Below the pieces are notes generated by a model, which worked only from the letters and a program-made list of their open reading frames with translations, was not told the DNA's origin and ran no database searches. Below, piece by piece: positions 1 to 8,096 of a stretch of 64,000 nucleotides of DNA. A program made the position numbers and the translations under genes. Source of the stretch: an uncultured Acidobacteriota bacterium (GTDB taxonomy: Bacteria; Acidobacteriota; Terriglobia; Terriglobales; Acidobacteriaceae); NCBI GenBank assembly GCA_963819245.1, contig CAWFVI010000006.1, positions 8,155 through 72,154 of the forward strand. Direction: 5' to 3'. Numbering within the stretch: position 1 is the stretch's first letter; each line of letters begins with the position of its first letter.

Positions 1-19
1 GTCTGAGTCCATCGCGAGT

Positions 20-1297
20 ATGCAGTGCAAACAACGCGCATTGAATGAGCAACTGGAACGCTTCTCGACGATTACCTCGCAACTGCTGAGTGGCGAGACG
101 GTGGACTTGTTGTGTAATGAAATCGCTTCTGCCATTACCGACGTGAGCAATTTCCGTCTCGCGGTTATCCAACTTGATAGTGGAAGTTATGGGTTGCGAG
201 TGGCAGGTGCGAGCGGACTGTCCCCCACCGCATTGGCTGAGTTGGAGAAGAAAGCACGCCGTTGGACCGCGGATGACATTAAAGACTTCTGCGCCCGCGG
301 CCGTCAGATCGGGCAGAATTCGTTTCTACTCTCGGCGTCCGAGGCCGCGAAGTACGATCCGCTAAAGAGTTCCGTCCGCTACGATCCGAACCCGTACTGG
401 AATACGGGAGATGAGCTCCTGATTCCACTAGTTTCCGCACGCGGCGGCTATCTGGGCTGCATTGGATTGGATGATCCTCGGGACGTAGAGGCGGTCAATG
501 CCTCGGAGCTATCACGAATCGAGCTTCTGGCGGCGGATCTGGCAGTGGCTCTTGAACTGAAATCGTTGCAAAGCCAGTTGATCCGCTCGGAGAAACTGGC
601 GGCACTGGGGCAGCTTGTGGCCGGGGTCGCCCACGAATTAAACAACCCGCTGACCGCAGTAATGGGCTACGGCGATCTGCTCAGCGATGATGTGCCTACC
701 GGGCCTGCGCGGGAAAAACTCAACAAACTGGTCAACGAGAGCCGGCGGATGAAGAAGATCGTTGAAAACCTGCTACGCTTCTCGCGGCAAAGTACCATGG
801 ACCGCCAGTCGGTTGACCTGGCTCCGGTGGTCAAGGACGTGCTTACCCTGCGGGAATATTACGCGCATACCCGAGGGCTGGAGATTCTCTCGGACATTCG
901 ATCCAACCTACCGCGCGTGGCAGTGGATGAGGACCAGTTCAAGCAGATTCTGCTTAACCTGGTGAACAATTCAATCGATGCCGTGGAAAATATGGAAGGT
1001 CCGAAGCGGATCACGGTGCGGGCATTTACTCGTGGAAACCGGGCGGTCGTCGAGGTCGAAGATTCCGGACCCGGATTCAAGGACTTGAATCGCGCACTCG
1101 ATCCGTTTTATACCACCAAACCCGTGGGCAAGGGCACCGGGCTGGGACTGAGCATTTGTTACGGAATCATCAAAGAGCACGATGGTGAGATCAGGCTCGC
1201 CAATCTGCAACCCCATGGCTCGCGAGTGACTGTAGAGTTGCCGCTGGGCGAAATAAAAGAATCAAGCAACGCGGCCCGAGCTGCTGAGATGAGCTGA
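20..1297 (+). CDS. Sensor histidine kinase (GAF-like sensor, HisKA, HATPase_c); frame stays open back to base 2, so it may be 5'-truncated by the window edge
   Basis: H-box 'LVAGVAHELNNPL', N-box 'LLNLVNNSIDAV', G1 'VEDSGPGF', G2 'GTGLGLSICYGII'. Confidence 0.9.
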   Translation: MQCKQRALNEQLERFSTITSQLLSGETVDLLCNEIASAITDVSNFRLAVIQLDSGSYGLRVAGASGLSPTALAELEKKARRWTADDIKDFCARGRQIGQNSFLLSASEAAKYDPLKSSVRYDPNPYWNTGDELLIPLVSARGGYLGCIGLDDPRDVEAVNASELSRIELLAADLAVALELKSLQSQLIRSEKLAALGQLVAGVAHELNNPLTAVMGYGDLLSDDVPTGPAREKLNKLVNESRRMKKIVENLLRFSRQSTMDRQSVDLAPVVKDVLTLREYYAHTRGLEILSDIRSNLPRVAVDEDQFKQILLNLVNNSIDAVENMEGPKRITVRAFTRGNRAVVEVEDSGPGFKDLNRALDPFYTTKPVGKGTGLGLSICYGIIKEHDGEIRLANLQPHGSRVTVELPLGEIKESSNAARAAEMS

Positions 1298-1300
1298 GGT

Positions 1301-1520
1301 TCAGCTCGTAGCCGGCGCTGCTTCGTTCGTGCATAGGCCTAGTTTCCTGCGCAAAATCGAGCCTATCAGCTTGGGCGTACCCTCTTGAATCTCATGGCGT
1401 CCGAGAAGAATGCCATTGGCCGGTGTCGTGATCTCGAGCACGGACACCTCAACCGTGATGCACAGTGCCGTGGCATGCAGAACAAAGCGGAATCAGGTTC
1501 TGCTCCGAGTTGCCCGGCAT
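1301..1520 (-). pseudogene. Remnant of an HNH endonuclease gene (C-terminal motif only, then a stop/frame break)
   Basis: ORF 1449..1703 ends 'NSEQNLIPLCSACHGTVHHG*' while its N-terminal two thirds are not protein-like. A second open frame (VEVSVLEITTPANG...) continues out of frame down to 1301. Confidence 0.35.
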
Positions 1521-1860
1521 AAATACGGCTGATTGCAGGCAAATTTGCACCCTCAATTTTACAAGCCTATGAAAACAGGATACATATTGGGTTCGTTTCG
1601 CAAAAACGAAAACCACCCAGAAGACTCTGGACCTCTTCATCGATTCACGTCTGCGTTGACCAAAAACCCCCCCCTGGCTCCCTTCACATGCTGAAGGTCG
1701 CATGCGGCCGACGGACTATGAATCCTCCCACTTTATCGTGGCCATTAGCCTATGCCGGTTGCGGCGGGACATATATATCGTATCACGACATATATATGTG
1801 TACGCTCGAGCAGTCGGCCCTTACCTCTACTTGCGTGGCCTGCATTTTCTTCGTAGTGTG

Positions 1861-1886
1861 CGGCGCCTTGCTACGGCAAGGCGCCG
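1861..1886 (-). terminator. GC-rich hairpin about 26 nt downstream of CDS 1913..2647 (11-bp perfect stem cggcgccttgc/gcaaggcgccg, loop tacg); no U-tract
   Basis: Read directly from sequence. Confidence 0.35.
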
Positions 1887-1912
1887 GACTCTTTAACTAC
1901 TCCAGACGAAAC

Positions 1913-2647
1913 TCAATCCTTAACCTCGGGGTCGCCCAGGATTTCTGTTTCCGGCTCGGGGAAGCTAACGCGGTTGATTGCGGTATCTCCCTTATCGTCC
2001 AGGATTTCGTTTTCCGGCCCGGGGAAGGGAGCGCGGTTGATTGCGTCATCTCCCCTATCGCCCAGGGTTTCTTCCTGCGGCAAGGGCATGGTGTCGACTT
2101 GCATTCCGGTGTCATTATGAACGCTTACGTCCAGAGCGGCCGGCGCCGGCAGTTGCTCGCCGTGCCTCATGCGATTCAACCTTTCGAGCTCGTGCAAGAA
2201 CCGGAAAAATCTTAATTGAATCGTCGCCTCGTACCGCTGGAAAAGCTTCACTAGAGGGTAAATGTGTTCGAGTCTCATCCTGGCTGGCAGCCCAGGATCA
2301 ATCTGCGGACGATGCATGGACGAGGTCCGAACAACGGTCTTATAGGTCGGTGGATCGAGTGCGCCATTGATATGCTGCGCCTCGAGACGCCTAGCACGCC
2401 GCAACCTCACCAACTCCACAGCAATGGACTCGACGAGAAACGTTTCTATCGTGCCAACAGGATTTGTTTCTTGTTCCAGCTCTTGCAATATGACGCGGTA
2501 ACCCTCGGCGTCATCGAGCTCGGTGATTCCGGCCGCCAACAAACCGTGCTTGGTGGCGTTGGTTCGGGTTGATGTCGTATTCGTTGGGCCATGGGATTTC
2601 AGTCCATTAAGGCGATTGGCTGCAATTTGTTTATCACTAGCTGACAT
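1913..2647 (-). CDS. Hypothetical protein with basic N-terminal motif and C-terminal 21-aa tandem repeats
   Basis: Strong SD 'AAGGAGA' 5 nt before the ATG at 2647. N-terminus 'MSASDKQIAANRLNGLKSHGPTNTTSTRTNATKHGL'. C-terminal repeats DRGDDAINRAPFPGPENEI / DKGDTAINRVSFPEPETEI. Confidence 0.6.
   Translation of the reverse strand: MSASDKQIAANRLNGLKSHGPTNTTSTRTNATKHGLLAAGITELDDAEGYRVILQELEQETNPVGTIETFLVESIAVELVRLRRARRLEAQHINGALDPPTYKTVVRTSSMHRPQIDPGLPARMRLEHIYPLVKLFQRYEATIQLRFFRFLHELERLNRMRHGEQLPAPAALDVSVHNDTGMQVDTMPLPQEETLGDRGDDAINRAPFPGPENEILDDKGDTAINRVSFPEPETEILGDPEVKD
1920..2085. repeat. 63-bp tandem repeat, about 2.5 copies, inside the 3' end of CDS 1913..2647
   Basis: Unit landmark 'tcg(c/t)ccagg' at 1932, 1995 and 2058 (period exactly 63). 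Confidence 0.85.
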
Positions 2648-3136
2648 AATTATCTCCTTATGGGCCAACCGTGGTTCGTCGTTGGGTCGACGGGATTTGG
2701 GCCACAGTTGATCCTGAATACGGGCAGGACGATGCAGCCGTCAATACGGCCCTCGGAAGATATCGGGCTCCTTTAAAGCTGAATCCGCCGAAAGTGGTGC
2801 GCCGCAGCCATCGCTGCCCAATTAATTGTTCGGCAGTGCCGTACCTGCCGCACCACAAGGATTTAGAGAGGAACCACTCAGGACTTACTTTGCGCCGCCA
2901 ACTCTAACTTCACCGCAATCAGAGTCGCGTCATTAACCGCTTAGAACCCGCTGGAACATCGACTACACCATACGGCACTTGGTGTCCCGAAATCAAGACA
3001 CGAGAGTACATCCCCGGGAACCTACTCACACAATGGTTCCTGAGCGATTTTCGGCTACCTGCTACCCTACCAGTTAGCAAAGTGTTCGAGGGTTTTTCCT
3101 GATCTGCGCGCAAGCCGAAGAACAGTCTCTGCGCTG

Positions 3137-3600
3137 ATTTCGCTCTTCTCATTTCTTCGCCACCCTGGCCGATTGCCCAGTTCGACGGATGGTAGTTGGA
3201 GAATGGATCCGGGAAAGACCTCCGGATCGGGAGATCGGCAAGCCCGGGGAGAATCGCGGAAAAGTAATCGCGCACCGGGACTCGCAGCTGACGGCAGCTT
3301 TCCACGACCGCGAGAAGCGCCGGAACCTTCGGTCCCGCTTGTGGGCTGCCGATGTGCAACCAATTCTTTCGACCAAGAGCTACGGGACGCATGGAGTTCT
3401 CCGCCAGGTTAGTACTTAACTCTAATTCGGGATACTCCAAGAAGCGGGTGAGCTTCTTCCACAGTGCGAGCGCGTACTGGCAGGCCTTGCTAGGTGCGCT
3501 GGAAGGCAAAGCAGCGGACTGCGCTGCTTCGATCTTGCCGCGGATATCACCAAGAAGAGGTCTCCCTGTTTCCTGACGCCGGATATGGCGCGCCGCAGTA
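3137..3600 (-). pseudogene. IS66-family transposase, C-terminal fragment only (5'-truncated remnant; boundaries approximate)
   Basis: Within ORF 2919..3827: 'SKACQYALALWKKLTRFLEYPELELSTNLAENSMRPVALGRKNWLHIGSPQAGPKVPALLAVVESCRQLRVPVRDYFSAILPGL...HPSNW', the typical IS66 C-terminal block. No DDE core and no IS66 orf1/orf2 nearby. Confidence 0.7.
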
Positions 3601-3800
3601 GTCAGCGTTTTGCGGCGAGCTTCCCAAACCCGCGCCGCCCATCTGTGTTTCCAAGGGGAATGCGGCCACGGGCAAACTACTGGACAGGGTCGCCATCCAC
3701 GCGGAGACGGATGGTTCCGGTCCCGCCCCGTGGATCGCGGCTGGGAAAGAAGTAAATCTATTAATCCAGCGCTTATACCCGCTACAAGATTCATTGGCGG

Positions 3801-3824
3801 GTAGTGGCTGAATTCAGCCACTAC
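3801..3824. repeat. Perfect 24-nt palindrome gtagtggctgaattcagccactac
   Basis: Read directly. It lies at the upstream edge of the IS66 remnant ORF. Confidence 0.9.
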
Positions 3825-4138
3825 CAATCAGAATGGGTTTAAAAGGCGCAGTGTATTTTAATATTCCACGGCACACATGCTGTGTTTCCCGGCCGGAATG
3901 ACTTTCGAAGACAAGGAGGAAACGAGTGCTCGATGTCCTCGAACGCGCACTTAGGTCAGCGAAAGAAGGTCCGAAATATTTGGGGGCAGGAAAAGCCGGA
4001 GTGACGAAATGGGCAGGAACGGAAGGTTGGAGCTTTAATTGTGGAGCTGCATCGGCGAGTGTACTGCAGAATGATCAGTTCAAGAGTGACATGGAGAGAG
4101 GCGTGAGGGGTAGGGAAAGCCTAGTTTTGAGTTGGACG

Positions 4139-6043
4139 CTAGTCCTGTCCCGCGCCAGCGGCGAATGCTCTCTCGATATTTATCACCGGAGAAAAAGCAT
4201 TCTCGGCCGGTTCGTTCTGCACAGGTACAGGTTCGGTTTGATAGGAATACTCGGGGATAATCTCTTTCATCTTCGCGCGGATAGACATCTCAGTTCCAGA
4301 GTTGGTCAACGCGATCAGATCTTCTAAATGCGCCCATAGTGCAGGCCACGGGATGATCTCAGACTGGGTTCGTTTCACTTTGCGGTTCGTGGTCCCGAAT
4401 TTTCTTTCCTTCGGATAGAACAGGTCCTCATACATCTTTTCTCCCGGACGCAGGCCGATGAACTCAATCTTTATGTCACGGGAAGACTTTCCGCACTGGC
4501 GAATCAAGGAATGCGCCAGGTCGAGTATTCGGACAGGATTGCCCATATCCAAAACCAGAATGTCGCCGTGCTGACCGAGAGTAAATGCCTGCAAAACGAG
4601 CGACACGGCCTCGGGAATCGTCATGAAAAACCTAGTGATTTCCGGGTGTGTGATGGTAATTCGCCCTTCCTTCTCGATCTGCTCCTTGAATACCGGAATC
4701 ACGCTGCCCTGCGAACCCAAAACGTTCCCAAATCGCACCGAAACGCAGCGCATGTGTTTTTTAGGCCTGGCCGCCATGATGAGTTCGCCCAGCCTTTTCG
4801 TGGCGCCCATGAAACTGGTCGGTTGAACCGCTTTGTCAGATGAAATCAAGACGAACACCTCACAGCCGCATTCCTCAGCGACGTCCAGCAAAGGTGATAA
4901 TGCGAGCGCATTGTTGTTCAGTGCAGCGCGAATGTTCAGCTCCACGAGAGGAACGTGCTTGTAAGCCGCGGCATGGAAGATCGTGTCCACCCTGGACTCA
5001 TCCAGTATCAGACGCATGCGCGAAGTGTTGGCAACGTCGGCAACCGTATACACCACGCGATCCCCATCCGGCTCTTTCGTGAGTCGAAGTTGCAAATAGA
5101 ACATTGGGGTTTCAGCCTGGTCCAGCGCAATCAGCTTGGCGGGAGAGTGACGAAGAATCTGGCGGCACAATTCGGAACCAATCGATCCGGCCGCTCCGGT
5201 TACGAGTATTACCTTCCCGACGATCTGCTCACGAACCACGTTGTTGTCGAGCTGTACGGAATCGCGGCCCAACAGGTCTTCTATGTTCACTTCACGTAAC
5301 TGGGACACCGAGACACGGCCAAGCAGCAAGTCTTCAAGTTTGGGAACAGTTCGATAACGTAAGCCCGTTTGCTCGCACAATTTGCTGATGCGCTGCATTT
5401 GGGGGCCGGTCACAGATGGAATTGCGATGAGGATTTCCTCTGCGTCGTAAGCCGATACCACAACCGAGAGCCGATCGATGGTGTTCACAACGGGTACACC
5501 ATGAATCCTCGCCCCATGTTTGAATAGGTCATCATCGACACAGGCGACTGGAATGAATTCGGAGTGTCGTATCTGTCGGATCAGTGATCCAGCCGCGTCG
5601 CCGGCTCCCACCACAATTACGCGGTAGCTCTTGTCCTGCCTTTGCCGGATGGACCTGGTGTTGCTAAATGCCAGTGCAGACAGGCGCACTCCGGCCAGCG
5701 CCGCTGCTGTTGTCATCACCTCAATCAAATAGATGGAAAACGGAAAAGCGTGTGCCCCGATGACGATACGGACGGAGACGACAAATGAGATGGTTCCCAA
5801 ACTGACAGCTTTGATGATGTCGACAACGTCGGTCACGCCACTATGGTTCCAATATCCATGGACCAGCTTGAAAATGATGAGGGCCGCAAGCCGGGATAGA
5901 ACCAACAAAGGCAGGCAAGCAAGCATCAGCCTGGGATGAGCGAGCTTAAAATCGAATCGGAGGAGCCACGCGCACAGAAATGACGCGGCTACCAAGACGA
6001 CGTGAACCAGTGCGATGATCCAAGATCTTTGTCGGAGCAACAT
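4139..6043 (-). CDS. Membrane-anchored UDP-sugar 4,6-dehydratase (CapD/PglF/WbpM family)
   Basis: N-terminal TM helices, Rossmann motifs 'VIVVGAGDAAGS' and 'VLVTGAAGSIGSELCRQIL', 'AAAYKHVP'. Confidence 0.9.
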   Translation of the reverse strand: MLLRQRSWIIALVHVVLVAASFLCAWLLRFDFKLAHPRLMLACLPLLVLSRLAALIIFKLVHGYWNHSGVTDVVDIIKAVSLGTISFVVSVRIVIGAHAFPFSIYLIEVMTTAAALAGVRLSALAFSNTRSIRQRQDKSYRVIVVGAGDAAGSLIRQIRHSEFIPVACVDDDLFKHGARIHGVPVVNTIDRLSVVVSAYDAEEILIAIPSVTGPQMQRISKLCEQTGLRYRTVPKLEDLLLGRVSVSQLREVNIEDLLGRDSVQLDNNVVREQIVGKVILVTGAAGSIGSELCRQILRHSPAKLIALDQAETPMFYLQLRLTKEPDGDRVVYTVADVANTSRMRLILDESRVDTIFHAAAYKHVPLVELNIRAALNNNALALSPLLDVAEECGCEVFVLISSDKAVQPTSFMGATKRLGELIMAARPKKHMRCVSVRFGNVLGSQGSVIPVFKEQIEKEGRITITHPEITRFFMTIPEAVSLVLQAFTLGQHGDILVLDMGNPVRILDLAHSLIRQCGKSSRDIKIEFIGLRPGEKMYEDLFYPKERKFGTTNRKVKRTQSEIIPWPALWAHLEDLIALTNSGTEMSIRAKMKEIIPEYSYQTEPVPVQNEPAENAFSPVINIERAFAAGAGQD

Positions 6044-6095
6044 ACAAACTATCTCCTGCGTGCTGATAAATCCGAATGATTAGGCCGAGGTGTGA

Positions 6096-7370
6096 CTATG
6101 AGTGCTGGGCCAACGCGGATTCAGACATTGAAATTGTCCCTGCGCGTGCGACTTCATGCTTCGTAGCTTGCGACATCACCTTCTCAACTGCCTGAACCGC
6201 GAGTGCGAGATGCTGGTCCGAGAGAGTCGGATGAACCAGAAGCATTAGACTCGTTTCTCCCAACTGTTTAGCGATGGGCAAGCGCTTATGCTTGCGTCTT
6301 TCTACGAAGGCCTTCTCCAGGTAGATCTCGCTGCAACTGCCGACGAAACACGGCACGGCTTCCGCTGCGATGGCTTGCACGATCTTGTCGCGGTACCATC
6401 CCGATTGCAGCATTTCAGGGCGAACGAAGGCGTAGTACTTGTAATAAGCATGGTGAGTACTCTGCGGTGGCACGGATATCCGCAGTCCCGGCACTCTGGA
6501 AAGGTAAGAAGTGAGCCTGTCCGCGTTTCGCTGCCGGGTTTCAACCCACTCGGGCACCTTCTTCAACTGAAGCCGCCCCATGGCAGATTGCATCTCTGTC
6601 ATCCGCCAATTGGTTCCGAAGGAATCATGTAACCAGCGGAAGCCGATCCCATGTTCCCGGTTGTAGACAGAGTTGTAGTTCTTGCCGTGATCCTTGTAGC
6701 TCCACGCACGCTCCCACACGTCGGAATGATTGGTCGTAAGCATTCCTCCCTCGCCGCCCGTTGTCATGATCTTGTCCTGGCAGAAGGAGAAGGCCGCTGC
6801 GTCTCCCATCGAGCCTACGGCGCGTCCCTTGTACATGGCACCCTGAGCCTGCGCGCAATCTTCGATCACCTTCAAATCATATTCAGACGCCAACTTCAAG
6901 ATGGGATCCATATCGGCCGGCCATCCCGCCAGGTGCACCGCGATAATAGCTTTCGTGCGCGGAGTAATTGCGGGTCGTATGGTTTCCGCGGTAAGGTTCT
7001 GGCTGTCCGGGTCTACATCGACACAGACAGGACGCGCGCCGCGCATTGCAATGCAACTCGCGGACGCAATAAAGGTGCGAGATGTGGTGATGACCTCATG
7101 TCCGCGTCCGATGCCGAGAGCCTCTAACGCCAATTCGAGCGCGACCGTTCCATTTGCTACACAAACCGCATACCTTGTGCCGATGGATTCGGCGAACTCG
7201 CGTTCGAACAGTCGGCCCTCCTCACCCGTCCAATAGTTCACTTTTCCCGAGCGAAGGATGGAAGTCGCTGCCTCGATCTCATCGTCTTCGAAATAGGGCC
7301 ACGGAGCAAATGGTGACTGTTCGACCACACACGATGGCGCAGTTTTTCGCTGAGCTGCTGCTGTGTTCAT
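6096..7370 (-). CDS. DegT/DnrJ/EryC1/StrS-family PLP-dependent sugar aminotransferase (PglE/WbpE-like)
   Basis: 'DCAQAQGAMYKGRAVGSMGDAAAFSFCQDKIMTTGGEGGML'. Confidence 0.9.
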   Translation of the reverse strand: MNTAAAQRKTAPSCVVEQSPFAPWPYFEDDEIEAATSILRSGKVNYWTGEEGRLFEREFAESIGTRYAVCVANGTVALELALEALGIGRGHEVITTSRTFIASASCIAMRGARPVCVDVDPDSQNLTAETIRPAITPRTKAIIAVHLAGWPADMDPILKLASEYDLKVIEDCAQAQGAMYKGRAVGSMGDAAAFSFCQDKIMTTGGEGGMLTTNHSDVWERAWSYKDHGKNYNSVYNREHGIGFRWLHDSFGTNWRMTEMQSAMGRLQLKKVPEWVETRQRNADRLTSYLSRVPGLRISVPPQSTHHAYYKYYAFVRPEMLQSGWYRDKIVQAIAAEAVPCFVGSCSEIYLEKAFVERRKHKRLPIAKQLGETSLMLLVHPTLSDQHLALAVQAVEKVMSQATKHEVARAGTISMSESALAQHS

Positions 7371-7406
7371 AGGATTGCTGAGGGAGGATCTGATTTGGTG
7401 TTGCGT

Positions 7407-8096
7407 TTACCGGATCGATGTACCGGCGGCGGTGGTGCTCGCGGTCCTGCGAGGATGAGCAGGCACACCGACGACGGTCGTGTCGCAGGCGACGTTCTTT
7501 GTGACCACCGCACCTGCGCCGACAATAGCGCCGGAGCCGACCTGAAGATATTGCAAAATCTGCGCCCCGGTGCCGACCAGCACGCCCTCGCCGATTACTA
7601 CGCATCCAGAAATGTTTGCTCCGGGATTCACCACGGAACCTCGGCCGATGTGCGCTTCGTGCCCCAGAGTGACGCCGAAATTTGCAAGCGCAAACGGTTC
7701 GAGGAGAATGTTGACTGTCGCGACGACTCCGGCCCCAATGAAGCACCCTTCTCCCATTTGCGCAGAGTCAAGATCGATCACCGCCGTTGGATGGATGAGC
7801 ACTGGCCATTCGACTTCCTTCAGCAACGCTGTGAGCTCGGCAGCAAGTTTCAAACGAGCTGCTGGGCTGCCTACTCCCAGCGCGAGTGCATCCACCGAAG
7901 AACGATTCTGCTCGAGCCAACTGAAATCCCCCAGCACCTGCTCACGACTGTCGCGCTCTTCCAACCGAGAGAGGTCGCTGACGACGTAGCCTAGGAAATC
8001 AAACCGTGGCTCGGACCGATTGATCCATTGCACTGCCGACGCGACCTCGCGGGCCATGCCGCCGGCACCAACGATGACGATTCGCTTGCGCTTCAT
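7407..8096 (-). CDS. Hexapeptide-repeat sugar N-acetyltransferase, NeuD/PglD family
   Basis: 'KRIVIVGAGGMAREV' N-domain followed by left-handed beta-helix repeats ('IGEGVLVGTGAQI', 'VGSGAIVGAGAVV'). The ATG shares one base with the upstream TGA. Confidence 0.85.
   Translation of the reverse strand: MKRKRIVIVGAGGMAREVASAVQWINRSEPRFDFLGYVVSDLSRLEERDSREQVLGDFSWLEQNRSSVDALALGVGSPAARLKLAAELTALLKEVEWPVLIHPTAVIDLDSAQMGEGCFIGAGVVATVNILLEPFALANFGVTLGHEAHIGRGSVVNPGANISGCVVIGEGVLVGTGAQILQYLQVGSGAIVGAGAVVTKNVACDTTVVGVPAHPRRTASTTAAGTSIR

Noticed and set aside
20-1297. Small internal and antisense ORFs within the kinase gene (174..365, 448..645, 762..965, 859..1080, 971..1216)
   Set aside because: They are nested in a motif-supported CDS and have no independent support.
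2919-3827. The full 302-aa ORF treated as an intact gene
   Set aside because: Only the middle part (about 3137-3600) resembles an IS66 transposase C-terminus. The N-terminal part translates the 24-nt palindrome and Arg/Pro/Trp-rich filler. The tail past 'HPSNW' is read-through. I called it a remnant instead.
3926-4327. 133-aa plus-strand ORF downstream of and overlapping the CapD-like gene end
   Set aside because: It has no motif and overlaps the well-supported minus-strand gene. It is probably non-coding.
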